Virus record (IMG/VR): IMGVR_UViG_3300009093_000003
Location: 1-64,000 of that record
Length of the DNA: 64,000 bases
Strand: one strand, 5' to 3'
Origin: a virus
Positions 9,826 to 18,020 of this stretch are shown one piece after another (positions within the stretch are counted from its first letter, which is position 1; each line of letters begins with the position of its first letter). The notes beneath the pieces were generated by a model. That model ran no database searches. It saw only the letters and a program-made list of their open reading frames with translations, and had not been told where the DNA came from. The position numbers and the translations under genes were made by a program.

Positions 9826-10047
9826 ATGAATAATGAACAATTTGTTAAAACAAAATATCCTGATGCTACAATAGAAAAGTATCAAACTCACGGATTTAAA
9901 GCCAAAACTTATTATTTGGTGTGGGAAAGCCACATAAGGTGCGATCGTAAACAATTGGGAGAAGGGGCGACTAAAGCCCAGGCATGGAAAGACGCGAAAG
10001 AGTGGTTGGACGATAAAGATATACCTCTTGAAAATATTGAGATATGA
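9826..10047 (+). CDS. hypothetical protein
   Basis: 73 aa ORF. Confidence 0.6.
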   Translation: MNNEQFVKTKYPDATIEKYQTHGFKAKTYYLVWESHIRCDRKQLGEGATKAQAWKDAKEWLDDKDIPLENIEI

Positions 10048-10206
10048 ACAAGCCAAGCCCCGAAACCAACGCCAACGTGGTAAAACGAGAGCGTCATGCT
10101 ATAATTCGTGTTAAAACCGCTGCCATACGTGCTTATTTAGCACTTAACGGTACTTACCCTGCTTATGCGGGGAAATATTTGAGATATAAATTTATTTGAA
10201 AAAGTT

Positions 10207-10593
10207 ATGAGAGAAATAAAGTTTAAAAGGGCATTCTTCTTTGATGAAGCAAAAACAAAGTTTAGCCATTTCGATAGTTGGGGTGTAAATGCTGATGGCG
10301 CAAATTTTAAAAGCCCGTCGAGCAATAATTTTGCCCAGTCCTTTACTGATTTGCAATTCACCGGCCTCCAAGATAAGAACGGCGTTGATATTTATGAGGG
10401 GGATGTTGTTGAGTACGAAACAACCGAAGGTATTTTACGTACAGGCGTTGTTACATGGAGTAGTGAGTTGTGCTGTGTTATGGTTGGAGAAATGCCCTAT
10501 CAGCAGCTTTATCAGTCTGCTTTTATTCAGCCCTCTAAAGTCGTTTTCCTTGTTATAGGCAACCTGTACCAAAACCCCGAATTATTAACTTAA
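10207..10593 (+). CDS. YopX family protein (copy 2)
   Basis: MREIKFK...QFTGLQDKNGVDIYEGDVV...VIGNLYQNPELL. Confidence 0.9.
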   Translation: MREIKFKRAFFFDEAKTKFSHFDSWGVNADGANFKSPSSNNFAQSFTDLQFTGLQDKNGVDIYEGDVVEYETTEGILRTGVVTWSSELCCVMVGEMPYQQLYQSAFIQPSKVVFLVIGNLYQNPELLT

Positions 10594-10603
10594 CCAATAA
10601 ATC

Positions 10604-10804
10604 ATGAACAAACCTTTATTAAAAGCAGTGCCTGGTGAGGAGAAAACCAAATTGGATGATCTCACTATGGAGCAAATAATTGGACGCCCTGTAGCCCCCT
10701 CAAAACGCGTCATATTTGATTTTGAAGATGCTAAGGTATCCAATGAGCGGCCAAAGAATTTGTTGAGCCGGATGTTGCACTTAGCTAATAAAAGTAAGCT
10801 ATGA
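10604..10804 (+). CDS. hypothetical protein
   Basis: 66 aa ORF. Confidence 0.55.
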   Translation: MNKPLLKAVPGEEKTKLDDLTMEQIIGRPVAPSKRVIFDFEDAKVSNERPKNLLSRMLHLANKSKL

Positions 10805-10914
10805 GCAAGTCCTTTAGAAACGAAAACTTAGGCGTGAGTGCCTATAACTGGTGGAATGCCTTTGCCATTTTGCTCATCTTTTTGATTGTTGCACTTATTT
10901 TAACTGTTTGAAGT

Positions 10915-11097
10915 ATGGATTATATCTACCACGGCGATAAGTTAACGTGTCCTACGCTTAAAAAGAAGCCCTGTAAGGCCGTCAGGCGTTTGAGCGATGG
11001 AAAGTGCATCCGCGGTAAAAACGGATCAATGCTCGTAGAATTTGACGGCAATACAAGGCATATAATCATTGGCAGGCTTTTAAGAAAATTAAAGTAA
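10915..11097 (+). CDS. small hypothetical protein
   Basis: 60 aa; TAATG-coupled to next gene. Confidence 0.6.
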   Translation: MDYIYHGDKLTCPTLKKKPCKAVRRLSDGKCIRGKNGSMLVEFDGNTRHIIIGRLLRKLK

Positions 11098-11960
11098 TGG
11101 GAAATAAAACAGATATTCAATGGACAGACTTGACCTGGAACGTCAGCCGGGGTTGTAAAAAAGTTGACGCTGATTGCAAGTACTGCTACATGTACAGACA
11201 GTCGCTCAACAACACCCGCTATCAGGCAGACCAAGTTATTAAAACTAAAACGGTTTTTACGCTACCGTTGCATTACAAAGAAACGAAGTCTCAATGTTGG
11301 GAGGGCAGCCCGTTGGTATTTACCTGTTCCCTCACTGACTTCTTTATAGAGGAAATTGACGCTTACCGGGATGAATGTTGGGACATTATTAGAAAATGTT
11401 CCCACCTAACATTTCAAATACTTACAAAGCGTCCTGAACGAATTAAAGATCATCTACCGGCTGATTGGGGCGATGGATGGCCTAACGTATGGCTCGGCAC
11501 TTCAATAGGTTCAGAGGCGGGTATGGATAGACTAGGAGAATTATTACGCGCACCAAAAGCAGTAGTTAAATTCCTTTCGTTGGAACCGTTGCACGGACCA
11601 CTTGATTTGATGTATCCGAAAGATGTTTTTCCCGATGGTCCCCAAATGTGCTGCGATGGCAGAGAGTGCGGTTGCCGCGGATTACCAATTGATCCACCGA
11701 TTATTTACGGCATAGATTGGGTTATTGTGGGTGGAGAGAGCGGTAATGACATTGGCAAGTATAAATATCGGCCATGCGAAATAAAGTGGATAGAGGACAT
11801 TATTAACGCCTGTCAGTTTGTGCATACCCCTGTGTTTGTTAAACAGGTAGGTACACATCTTGCAAAGCAGTTGGGTATGAGCGAACGGCACGGAGGTAAT
11901 TTTGACGAGTTTCCTGAAAGCATTAAATTTCGTGAATTTCCTAATCCTCCAAAGAAATGA
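11097..11960 (+). CDS. phage Gp37/Gp68 (DUF5131) radical-SAM-like protein
   Basis: IQWTDLTWN, GCKKVDADCKYCY, QILTKRPERI, NVWLGTS, FLSLEPL, DWVIVGGESG, PVFVKQ. Confidence 0.92.
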   Translation: MGNKTDIQWTDLTWNVSRGCKKVDADCKYCYMYRQSLNNTRYQADQVIKTKTVFTLPLHYKETKSQCWEGSPLVFTCSLTDFFIEEIDAYRDECWDIIRKCSHLTFQILTKRPERIKDHLPADWGDGWPNVWLGTSIGSEAGMDRLGELLRAPKAVVKFLSLEPLHGPLDLMYPKDVFPDGPQMCCDGRECGCRGLPIDPPIIYGIDWVIVGGESGNDIGKYKYRPCEIKWIEDIINACQFVHTPVFVKQVGTHLAKQLGMSERHGGNFDEFPESIKFREFPNPPKK

Positions 11961-12121
11961 CCTCAATAACCGACACCCTTTTTAAGCCCACAGCAATCCT
12001 TTGCCAATGTGGCAGAGGACATTTAAACCGGATCGGCAAGATGTTAATTTGTGAGCATTGTGGTTGGTATAAAGTGCATACGGGGGGGGGGCAAATCCTG
12101 AAATTAAAGAACGAAAATTAA
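11957..12121 (+). CDS. small zinc-ribbon protein containing a G10 tract (54 aa, not in ORF track)
   Basis: MTSITD...CQCG...CEHCGW; ATGA overlap with upstream stop. Confidence 0.5.
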   Translation: MTSITDTLFKPTAILCQCGRGHLNRIGKMLICEHCGWYKVHTGGGQILKLKNEN

Positions 12122-12125
12122 ATAA

Positions 12126-12956
12126 ATGAGCACCATAAAAGTAACCTCAAAAGGTGACGGAATGGCTATTGAGGCTAATCCGATGATAAAATGCGAACAT
12201 TGGGACGATAAAACATCACCATATTATAAAAAAATATGTTGTTCCGATTGTGAAAGTGACCATTGGGAAAAATTTGACAAAGAGCATCCACCCCTACCAT
12301 TAATCGACCATCAAGGAAATGAAATTAAAGCCACTGGCGAATTTGAGGTGGAAAGGGTTTATTTTGTCAACAAAAACAAAATTTATATCAGTAAGGCGCA
12401 AGCAGAAGTAGCAGCTTTTAAATCAACCCCTGCCTACCGCCTATTATCACAAGTTGATAAAAAACTAAATAACCAAGCAGACGCGCTTGATAAAGTTAAA
12501 AAAGAACTGGAAATAGCGTGTGACACCAATGCTGTATATGGCCCCGGCGATGATAATTATGGCAGGGATAAAAACGTCCCTGTCATCCTTGAACAAGACA
12601 ATTCAAAACAGCCTGACAATCAATCTGAAAAGGTAAATGAAACAACAACGCCAGAGTTAATAATATCAGATGATCCACAAAGCGATAATTTAAAAATAGT
12701 GCGCCACGAATTTAATGATGATGAAGATAGATTTGTTATTATTCTTGGCGATGATAGTAATGATTGCGATGAGGATGCGTATAGAGTTCGGTTTTTAAAT
12801 ATAAATCAAGCTAAAAACGTTATTGCGTTCTTAAATAAAAACATTCCTTACCAACAAGGCATGATTAGCCGCGATAAGGTAGCGGAATTGATTGAAAGAT
12901 TTTTAAAGAACGAAATACACCCATCACAAATTATAACCTTAATCAACCAGTTATGA
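12126..12956 (+). CDS. hypothetical protein
   Basis: 276 aa ORF. Confidence 0.65.
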   Translation: MSTIKVTSKGDGMAIEANPMIKCEHWDDKTSPYYKKICCSDCESDHWEKFDKEHPPLPLIDHQGNEIKATGEFEVERVYFVNKNKIYISKAQAEVAAFKSTPAYRLLSQVDKKLNNQADALDKVKKELEIACDTNAVYGPGDDNYGRDKNVPVILEQDNSKQPDNQSEKVNETTTPELIISDDPQSDNLKIVRHEFNDDEDRFVIILGDDSNDCDEDAYRVRFLNINQAKNVIAFLNKNIPYQQGMISRDKVAELIERFLKNEIHPSQIITLINQL

Positions 12957-13168
12957 CAATTGAAGAAGCTGCTGAAGGATATTGCAATAGCAGAACTACA
13001 GACCACGATAAAAATATCTTCCCAACATTTTATCAATCATTTATCGCTGGCGCTGATGAAATGCGTAATCAAATCGTTGAATTGCTCAAAACCAAACTAT
13101 ACGCATTAGACTTTCGGGCTGATGAACCCGGCGTTGAAGATATTTTTAAATCAATAGAAAAATTATAG
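12953..13168 (+). CDS. hypothetical protein
   Basis: MTIEEAAE...SFIAGA, a common small phage protein pattern. Confidence 0.6.
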   Translation: MTIEEAAEGYCNSRTTDHDKNIFPTFYQSFIAGADEMRNQIVELLKTKLYALDFRADEPGVEDIFKSIEKL

Positions 13169-13170
13169 CA

Positions 13171-13554
13171 ATGAAATCAATTTTGATAATAGACGATGAC
13201 GAGATAAATAACTTTATCTCTATAAAATTAATAAAGAAAGCACTTTTAGACACTGAAATAATGGTTTGCCTTAACGGCAAATATGCTATCAATGTATTAG
13301 TTGATATTGAAAAAAAGCAGACCAAATTCCCCGATTATATTTTGCTTGATACGAATATGCCAATCATGAACGGATGGCAATTTTTGGATGAATATAACCG
13401 ATTAGGGTTTGATAAATATCCTACCAAAATTTACATGATAGCATCATCGGTGTTTTCAAACGATATTAATCGCGCCCGTTCTTATCCCGTTTTAAAAGAC
13501 TTTATCTCAAAGCCATTGAATGTTGAAAAAATAAATACCCTATTCAATAACTAA
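13171..13554 (+). CDS. stand-alone response regulator receiver (CheY-like) protein
   Basis: ILIIDDD, ILLDTNMPIMNG (phospho-Asp), SS, FISKPL. Confidence 0.93.
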   Translation: MKSILIIDDDEINNFISIKLIKKALLDTEIMVCLNGKYAINVLVDIEKKQTKFPDYILLDTNMPIMNGWQFLDEYNRLGFDKYPTKIYMIASSVFSNDINRARSYPVLKDFISKPLNVEKINTLFNN

Positions 13555-13642
13555 CCAATAAAAACGGTAGCCCAAAACATCCGATATATTGCAAAAAAGA
13601 TATAAAACTAATACATTATTAACCTTTAAAACCCAAAACATC

Positions 13643-14026
13643 ATGAACCATCTCGATCAACAAGAACAAAGACACGCCTTTCTAAAGCAGATCGGCACAA
13701 TCGTAATAATCATAGCACTGCTTGTGCTTGCATTATTAGTGGGCATTCAAAAAGCCCACGCCCAGCCACCAGGTAAACACCTACCGCAAAAAATAACGGT
13801 GGTATTTAGTGACGCCCAACTAACGTCACTGGCCGCAAAGATTGACAGCGTTACAGCGATGCTATCTATTCACAGTGATTTGCCGGCCTCTTTTATCTAC
13901 CAATTCAATCAAAGGCTTTTACAATCATTTTACCCCATTACCCACCAGGTGCAGGGGCAATTGATCGATGATAAAGCGGTTGTGCCTGATACTGTTAAGA
14001 AGAAATCAAAAACAAATAATCATTAA
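13643..14026 (+). CDS. exported protein with signal peptide
   Basis: Hydrophobic stretch ending AHA|Q; ATG 13643. Confidence 0.65.
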   Translation: MNHLDQQEQRHAFLKQIGTIVIIIALLVLALLVGIQKAHAQPPGKHLPQKITVVFSDAQLTSLAAKIDSVTAMLSIHSDLPASFIYQFNQRLLQSFYPITHQVQGQLIDDKAVVPDTVKKKSKTNNH

Positions 14027-14047
14027 CAATTTAAAAACTCAAAAATT

Positions 14048-14548
14048 ATGAACAAAACAATTTTAATTTTAATCGCATCTGCTGCTTTATTTTTAGCCGG
14101 ATGCAACTTACCCTCTCAATCTGCCGATGAAAAAGATCAATCAAGGCAAGAGCGCATACAGGCAGAAGGACAAGCGCAGGCCGGGTTGCCTGACGTACAC
14201 AACTTTACCGAAAAGAAAATGGTAAAGATGCTGTATGAATTGCGCGACAACCCAAATCTGATAAACTATGCCTACTTGTGGAGCGAAGTTTCCGGCAAAT
14301 GGATTTATTTTGGCAAATGTATCGGCTATGGCATACCTTATTCAACGCAATACTGCAACCCCGAAAAATGGGTAATTAACTTAGGCGTAGATCACACTTT
14401 GCCGCAGGCTGAACCTAACGGGCTATTTATGCCCTCAAGTAGCGAGGGTACATGGATTATGCTTATTAACCCATCCAACCCCAATGACATAAAGCCGGTC
14501 TATGTTGAACCGAAATTAATTGTTACACCTTTTAAACTACCGGAATGA
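14048..14548 (+). CDS. phage lipoprotein
   Basis: Lipobox LAG|C after hydrophobic leader; GIPYSTQY, PQAEPNGLF. Confidence 0.8.
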   Translation: MNKTILILIASAALFLAGCNLPSQSADEKDQSRQERIQAEGQAQAGLPDVHNFTEKKMVKMLYELRDNPNLINYAYLWSEVSGKWIYFGKCIGYGIPYSTQYCNPEKWVINLGVDHTLPQAEPNGLFMPSSSEGTWIMLINPSNPNDIKPVYVEPKLIVTPFKLPE

Positions 14549-14868
14549 GATACTTTTTTATCACCGTGGGAGTAATAATAGGATTATTGCTTCTCGACTT
14601 CTTAGGAAATTACTATGGCCTTTTTACCTACGGATTTTTTGCCCCTAAAATGGAAAACGTGCGTCGCAAAACTTTTGAAAACACCCAAAGCTACGTACAG
14701 GGCAAAATACAGGATTTAAGCAACTATAAGTTGCAGTCGGACACAACTAAAGACCCCGACAAAAAAGCGGCTATACGGGCTGTAATTCGCTCCCAGTTCG
14801 CCAACTTCGATATCAATCAATGCCCGGACGGATTGAAAGATTTTTTACAGGCGCAACGTGGATATTAA
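14545..14868 (+). CDS. membrane-anchored protein coupled to the lipoprotein
   Basis: N-terminal TM helix; ATGA overlap. Confidence 0.75.
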   Translation: MRYFFITVGVIIGLLLLDFLGNYYGLFTYGFFAPKMENVRRKTFENTQSYVQGKIQDLSNYKLQSDTTKDPDKKAAIRAVIRSQFANFDINQCPDGLKDFLQAQRGY

Positions 14869-14911
14869 TTATCTTTGCTATTATTTCACCTCTATTAAAA
14901 ATCAAAAACAC

Positions 14912-15478
14912 ATGAGCTTTTTTCAAAATTTACACTACTTTTTCACCAACATCGGAACAAAGGTTTCCAACTGGTTTCAAAAAGAACAGCCTGTAGTGCA
15001 GAAAGCCTACAGCGATGCAAACAACGTTGTCAATATCGTTAAGTCACTTTTGGGATCCGCAACCGGGCAAACGGTGCAATTGATTATCGAGGCATTAGCC
15101 CCCGGCGCGTCTGTACCAGTTTTTACCGCTCTCAACACGTTTTTTAATGCCTGGGGTATTGTGAGTGCCGAAGCGAATAAGCCTGCCGCAGAAATCGCCG
15201 CAGAGGGCTTTAATAAGATAGCCTCAATGACAGGGGATAACAAAACGGTAACATTGCATAGCGTTACTGCCGTGTTAGGACACGCACTGCAAAGCCACGG
15301 TGGCGGTGATGCTACGTTGCAGCAGGCGCTAACTGCGATAGGCCTCGTTCACAATCCAAACATTCTTGACGGACCCGTAACTATTACCACACCTGTAGTA
15401 GATCAATCGCAACAGGCAACAAACTTTGTACAATCAGGAAGCGGTGAAGCCCCCGAAGAACAAAACCCACCAAGCTGA
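14912..15478 (+). CDS. hypothetical Ala/Thr-rich amphipathic protein
   Basis: ATG 14912 downstream of TATCTTTG (14870-14877). Confidence 0.7.
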   Translation: MSFFQNLHYFFTNIGTKVSNWFQKEQPVVQKAYSDANNVVNIVKSLLGSATGQTVQLIIEALAPGASVPVFTALNTFFNAWGIVSAEANKPAAEIAAEGFNKIASMTGDNKTVTLHSVTAVLGHALQSHGGGDATLQQALTAIGLVHNPNILDGPVTITTPVVDQSQQATNFVQSGSGEAPEEQNPPS

Positions 15479-15557
15479 ATACGCCGGTGGTGGAATTACT
15501 TTAAAAACTAAAATAAAGTCTTATATTTAACATTTTAATTAATTAAAAACAAAAATC

Positions 15558-15902
15558 ATGTTCAACATCTTCAAAACACATTTCCGAACGCTATTAGCAG
15601 TTCTTTTAGCCTTTGTGATTTTTTCAACAACAACTTTCCAAGTATCAGCAAAACAGCATTATGGCCGCGCCTATCACGCGCCCACGGTCAAGGCCGTAAA
15701 AATAATTGCTTTTAGCATCAATGATACCCATTACGTTTATGTAGCCAGCCTGCCGGCCGAAGTGCCAACAATTTTGAGGATACCCGCGCCGCCCGTTAGC
15801 TATGGCCTGTATGTAAAAAATGAAGCGAAACCTGATAACCTGAATTACCAGCCGATAAAGTGGCGAAGTTTAGGTTTGATCGATGCGCAGAGAAATATTT
15901 AG
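15558..15902 (+). CDS. putative exported protein
   Basis: N-terminal hydrophobic leader ending VSA. Confidence 0.6.
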   Translation: MFNIFKTHFRTLLAVLLAFVIFSTTTFQVSAKQHYGRAYHAPTVKAVKIIAFSINDTHYVYVASLPAEVPTILRIPAPPVSYGLYVKNEAKPDNLNYQPIKWRSLGLIDAQRNI

Positions 15903-15923
15903 CCAATAATGGCATTTTAAAGG

Positions 15924-15957
15924 AAAGCCTGGTAGCGAAAGTTGCCGGGCTTTTTTT
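15924..15957 (+). terminator. rho-independent terminator ending the + strand arm
   Basis: GCCTGGTAGC-GAAA-GTTGCCGGGC followed by T7. Confidence 0.85.
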
Positions 15958-16139
15958 ATGGCTTATTAGCGTAATACCAAACGATCACATTAAGAAGTAA
16001 GTTTCACGGCGGCAATCATTCATCTAACAAAGTTAAGGATAAAAACAACGCTAATACCAATGATGATTAAAGCCCTGCAAAAATAAGCAAAGTAGTCTTT
16101 CATGCTTGCTTTTTACGGGGGTTGGTTAGGTAGAGTTAC

Positions 16140-16167
16140 AAAAAAGCCCCGGAACATTTACCGGGGC
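16140..16167 (-). terminator. terminator downstream of tRNA transcript
   Basis: Minus strand GCCCCGG-loop-CCGGGGC + T-run. Confidence 0.75.
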
Positions 16168-16198
16168 CATCATCTGATCAAATGGAGTTACTGCTACT

Positions 16199-16286
16199 AA
16201 TACATTTCAAGTATCGTTTCCTATCGGCCTATTGGTAGAGAAACGACAAACCTACCAAAGCACATAATCACTAAATAAAATGTACC
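16199..16286 (-). ncRNA. candidate H-type pseudoknot RNA in tRNA 3' trailer
   Basis: Minus strand stems TTGGTAGG/TCTACCAA and TGTCGTTTC/GAAACGATA are interleaved and enclosed by GGTACATTT/AAATGTATT. Confidence 0.45.
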
Positions 16287-16311
16287 ATAACCCCTGCGTT
16301 GGGTTGTGTTG

Positions 16312-16384
16312 TAGCGCGAGCCGGATTCGAACCGGCGACCTACGGGTTATGAGCCCATCGAGCTGACCGCTGCTCTATCGCACA
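16312..16384 (-). tRNA. tRNA-Met(CAT), initiator (fMet) type
   Basis: TGTGCGATAGAGCAGCGGTCAGCTCGATGGGCTCATAACCCGTAGGTCGCCGGTTCGAATCCGGCTCGCGCTA: cloverleaf, CAT anticodon, three G-C pairs in anticodon stem, unpaired 1:72; CCA not encoded. Confidence 0.93.
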
Positions 16385-16447
16385 ATATTGTAATAAATAA
16401 CTCAACTACTTGATACTGCAAATCTGCAAAATAATTCTCATATATGC

Positions 16448-16480
16448 AAAAAAGCCTCAACTTTCATCAAGGCTTTTATT
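16448..16480. terminator. bidirectional terminator-like hairpin
   Basis: AAAAGCCT...AGGCTTTT. Confidence 0.55.
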
Positions 16481-16505
16481 AACCGCATAAGGAAATCTGA
16501 CTAAC

Positions 16506-16844
16506 CTAATTGGTTAATATTATATAATTACATGCTAAATGAAATGTCATGTCAACCATAAATATCAAATATGTATATAACCAAAAATCGCGTTGCATTT
16601 TTGCCCCAACTTTAAAAAAGTTTGTCCAAAGTCTTGCAATACTAAATTTATCAATAATAAAGTGTGTTGAAAAAATCAATAACATTTGTGATAAATTGCT
16701 ATATGTGGCAAAAAATAGTGAGTAGACTAAACAATGAACAAAACACGCAAACCATCCTTTTGCAGTATATTGATTTTTGTTAATAGCCATCCAATCATTT
16801 TGAAAAACAAAGTCGCCAAATAAATGTGAAATAAATTGTATCAT
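16506..16844 (-). CDS. DUF3307 family membrane protein
   Basis: HLFGDFVFQNDWMA..K, HCLVY, THFIID, DMTFH. Confidence 0.88.
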   Translation of the reverse strand: MIQFISHLFGDFVFQNDWMAINKNQYTAKGWFACFVHCLVYSLFFATYSNLSQMLLIFSTHFIIDKFSIARLWTNFFKVGAKMQRDFWLYTYLIFMVDMTFHLACNYIILTN

Positions 16845-17025
16845 TTTGTCAGATTTTTACGCCGCCAATGAATTTTAACGGCAATCAAAATTAACAAAAA
16901 TTGGTGAATAAACCATGTTGAACTTTTCGAATAATTGATTTAAAAAGCCATATTTATGTTCCAAATGATTGCCTTTCGACACAATGTTTGTACTGATAAA
17001 TTGGCTTTTTAAATCAATCAATGTT

Positions 17026-17184
17026 TTAATTTATTGAAATTATTCTTATCCGATCAGAATTTGATTTTATCTTAGCCATTTCTGCCGCCGAAATCTTTTT
17101 TGTTTCAGCTTCCTTCATAAGCTGAGTGAAATTAACAGCATCATTACCTGTCAAGATCGGTGTTTCTTTAATTGGCTTTGCCAT
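17026..17184 (-). CDS. 52 aa protein resembling small antitoxins usually paired with GNAT toxins (not in ORF track)
   Basis: MAKPIKETPILTGNDAVNF...; upstream TACATTTG promoter. Confidence 0.6.
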   Translation of the reverse strand: MAKPIKETPILTGNDAVNFTQLMKEAETKKISAAEMAKIKSNSDRIRIISIN

Positions 17185-17216
17185 AATTGTTTTTTGAGCA
17201 TGAGATGCTCTCTTTG

Positions 17217-17242
17217 CAAATGTAAAAATTTTCGTAGATTTG
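17217..17242. promoter_or_regulatory. back-to-back Bacteroidota -7 promoter motifs (TAnnTTTG)
   Basis: TACATTTG on minus strand (17217-17224) and TAGATTTG on plus (17235-17242), each just upstream of a gene. Confidence 0.65.
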
Positions 17243-17265
17243 GGGAATTAATTACCACGAAAAAA

Positions 17266-17898
17266 ATGAAGTTTACCGAAGCACAATTAGCCACGCATTT
17301 TATTAATACGTACCTCTCTGATTTTGATGTTTATAAAGAAGTCCCATGCGCAGGCATAGTAGATATTTTTGCTGTTAAAAGAAATATTTATACATCCTTC
17401 GAGGCTAAAACTTCCTTTAGTTTTGATGTAATAGAGCAGGCAGTAAAGAATAAATCTTACTCGCATTATTCTTATGTTTTGATCCCTCACACTAAAAAAA
17501 AGTCTTTTGCTTATGAAATATGCAGAGAATATGGAATAGGCATAATAACAGTATTTTGCATGAATGATGGTAGAATGGGAAACCCAATAGAATATTTAAA
17601 ACCACGTTTAAACAGGAATATAAGAAAGCCAAAATTAGCTGATTGGATGAAGTTAAACATTGCCGGTGTCCAATCGGGACGGATAACAACATTTTCGAAT
17701 ACAGTTTCAGAGATAACAGCTTTTTTAAAAAGGCAGCGCAATCAGAGGGCTATAGTAAAAGATGTTTTTACAGGTGTTTCCCATCATTACGGATCACTAA
17801 CATCCGCAACCACTTGTATAATGAATATGTGTAGAAAGGGAGTTATAAAAGATTTTTACTTTGAAAAAGGATACATGATATTAACCGCTCATCCTTAA
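17266..17898 (+). CDS. PD-(D/E)XK nuclease-like protein (DUF2161-like)
   Basis: YKEV...VDIFAV...FEAKTSFSFDVIEQA; ATG 17266 after TAGATTTG. Confidence 0.65.
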   Translation: MKFTEAQLATHFINTYLSDFDVYKEVPCAGIVDIFAVKRNIYTSFEAKTSFSFDVIEQAVKNKSYSHYSYVLIPHTKKKSFAYEICREYGIGIITVFCMNDGRMGNPIEYLKPRLNRNIRKPKLADWMKLNIAGVQSGRITTFSNTVSEITAFLKRQRNQRAIVKDVFTGVSHHYGSLTSATTCIMNMCRKGVIKDFYFEKGYMILTAHP

Positions 17899-17925
17899 TG
17901 TGGTAATTAATTATTGACGGTTGAT

Positions 17926-17950
17926 AGCCCCGGCAAGTCCGGGGTTTTTT
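17926..17950 (+). terminator. rho-independent terminator
   Basis: AGCCCCGG-CAAGT-CCGGGGTT + T-run. Confidence 0.8.
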
Positions 17951-18020
17951 ATTTCAAAAAATTGTTGTAGGTTTGAAAACCGAAAGCTCGAACAGGGCCA
18001 GCTTGAAAGAAAGTATAGGG

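Noticed and set aside
14048-14868. Spanin pair
   Set aside because: The lipoprotein is large and globular, precedes the TM gene, and lies in the early arm away from holin-like genes.
16240-16311. Theta (HDV-like) ribozyme after the tRNA
   Set aside because: No G-initiated P1 at the tRNA 3' end and no P3/L3 nested pseudoknot; only a simple H-type fold is visible.
16312-16384. tRNA as prophage attachment site
   Set aside because: Phage genes lie on both sides, no duplicated tRNA fragment was seen, and there is no integrase in the window.
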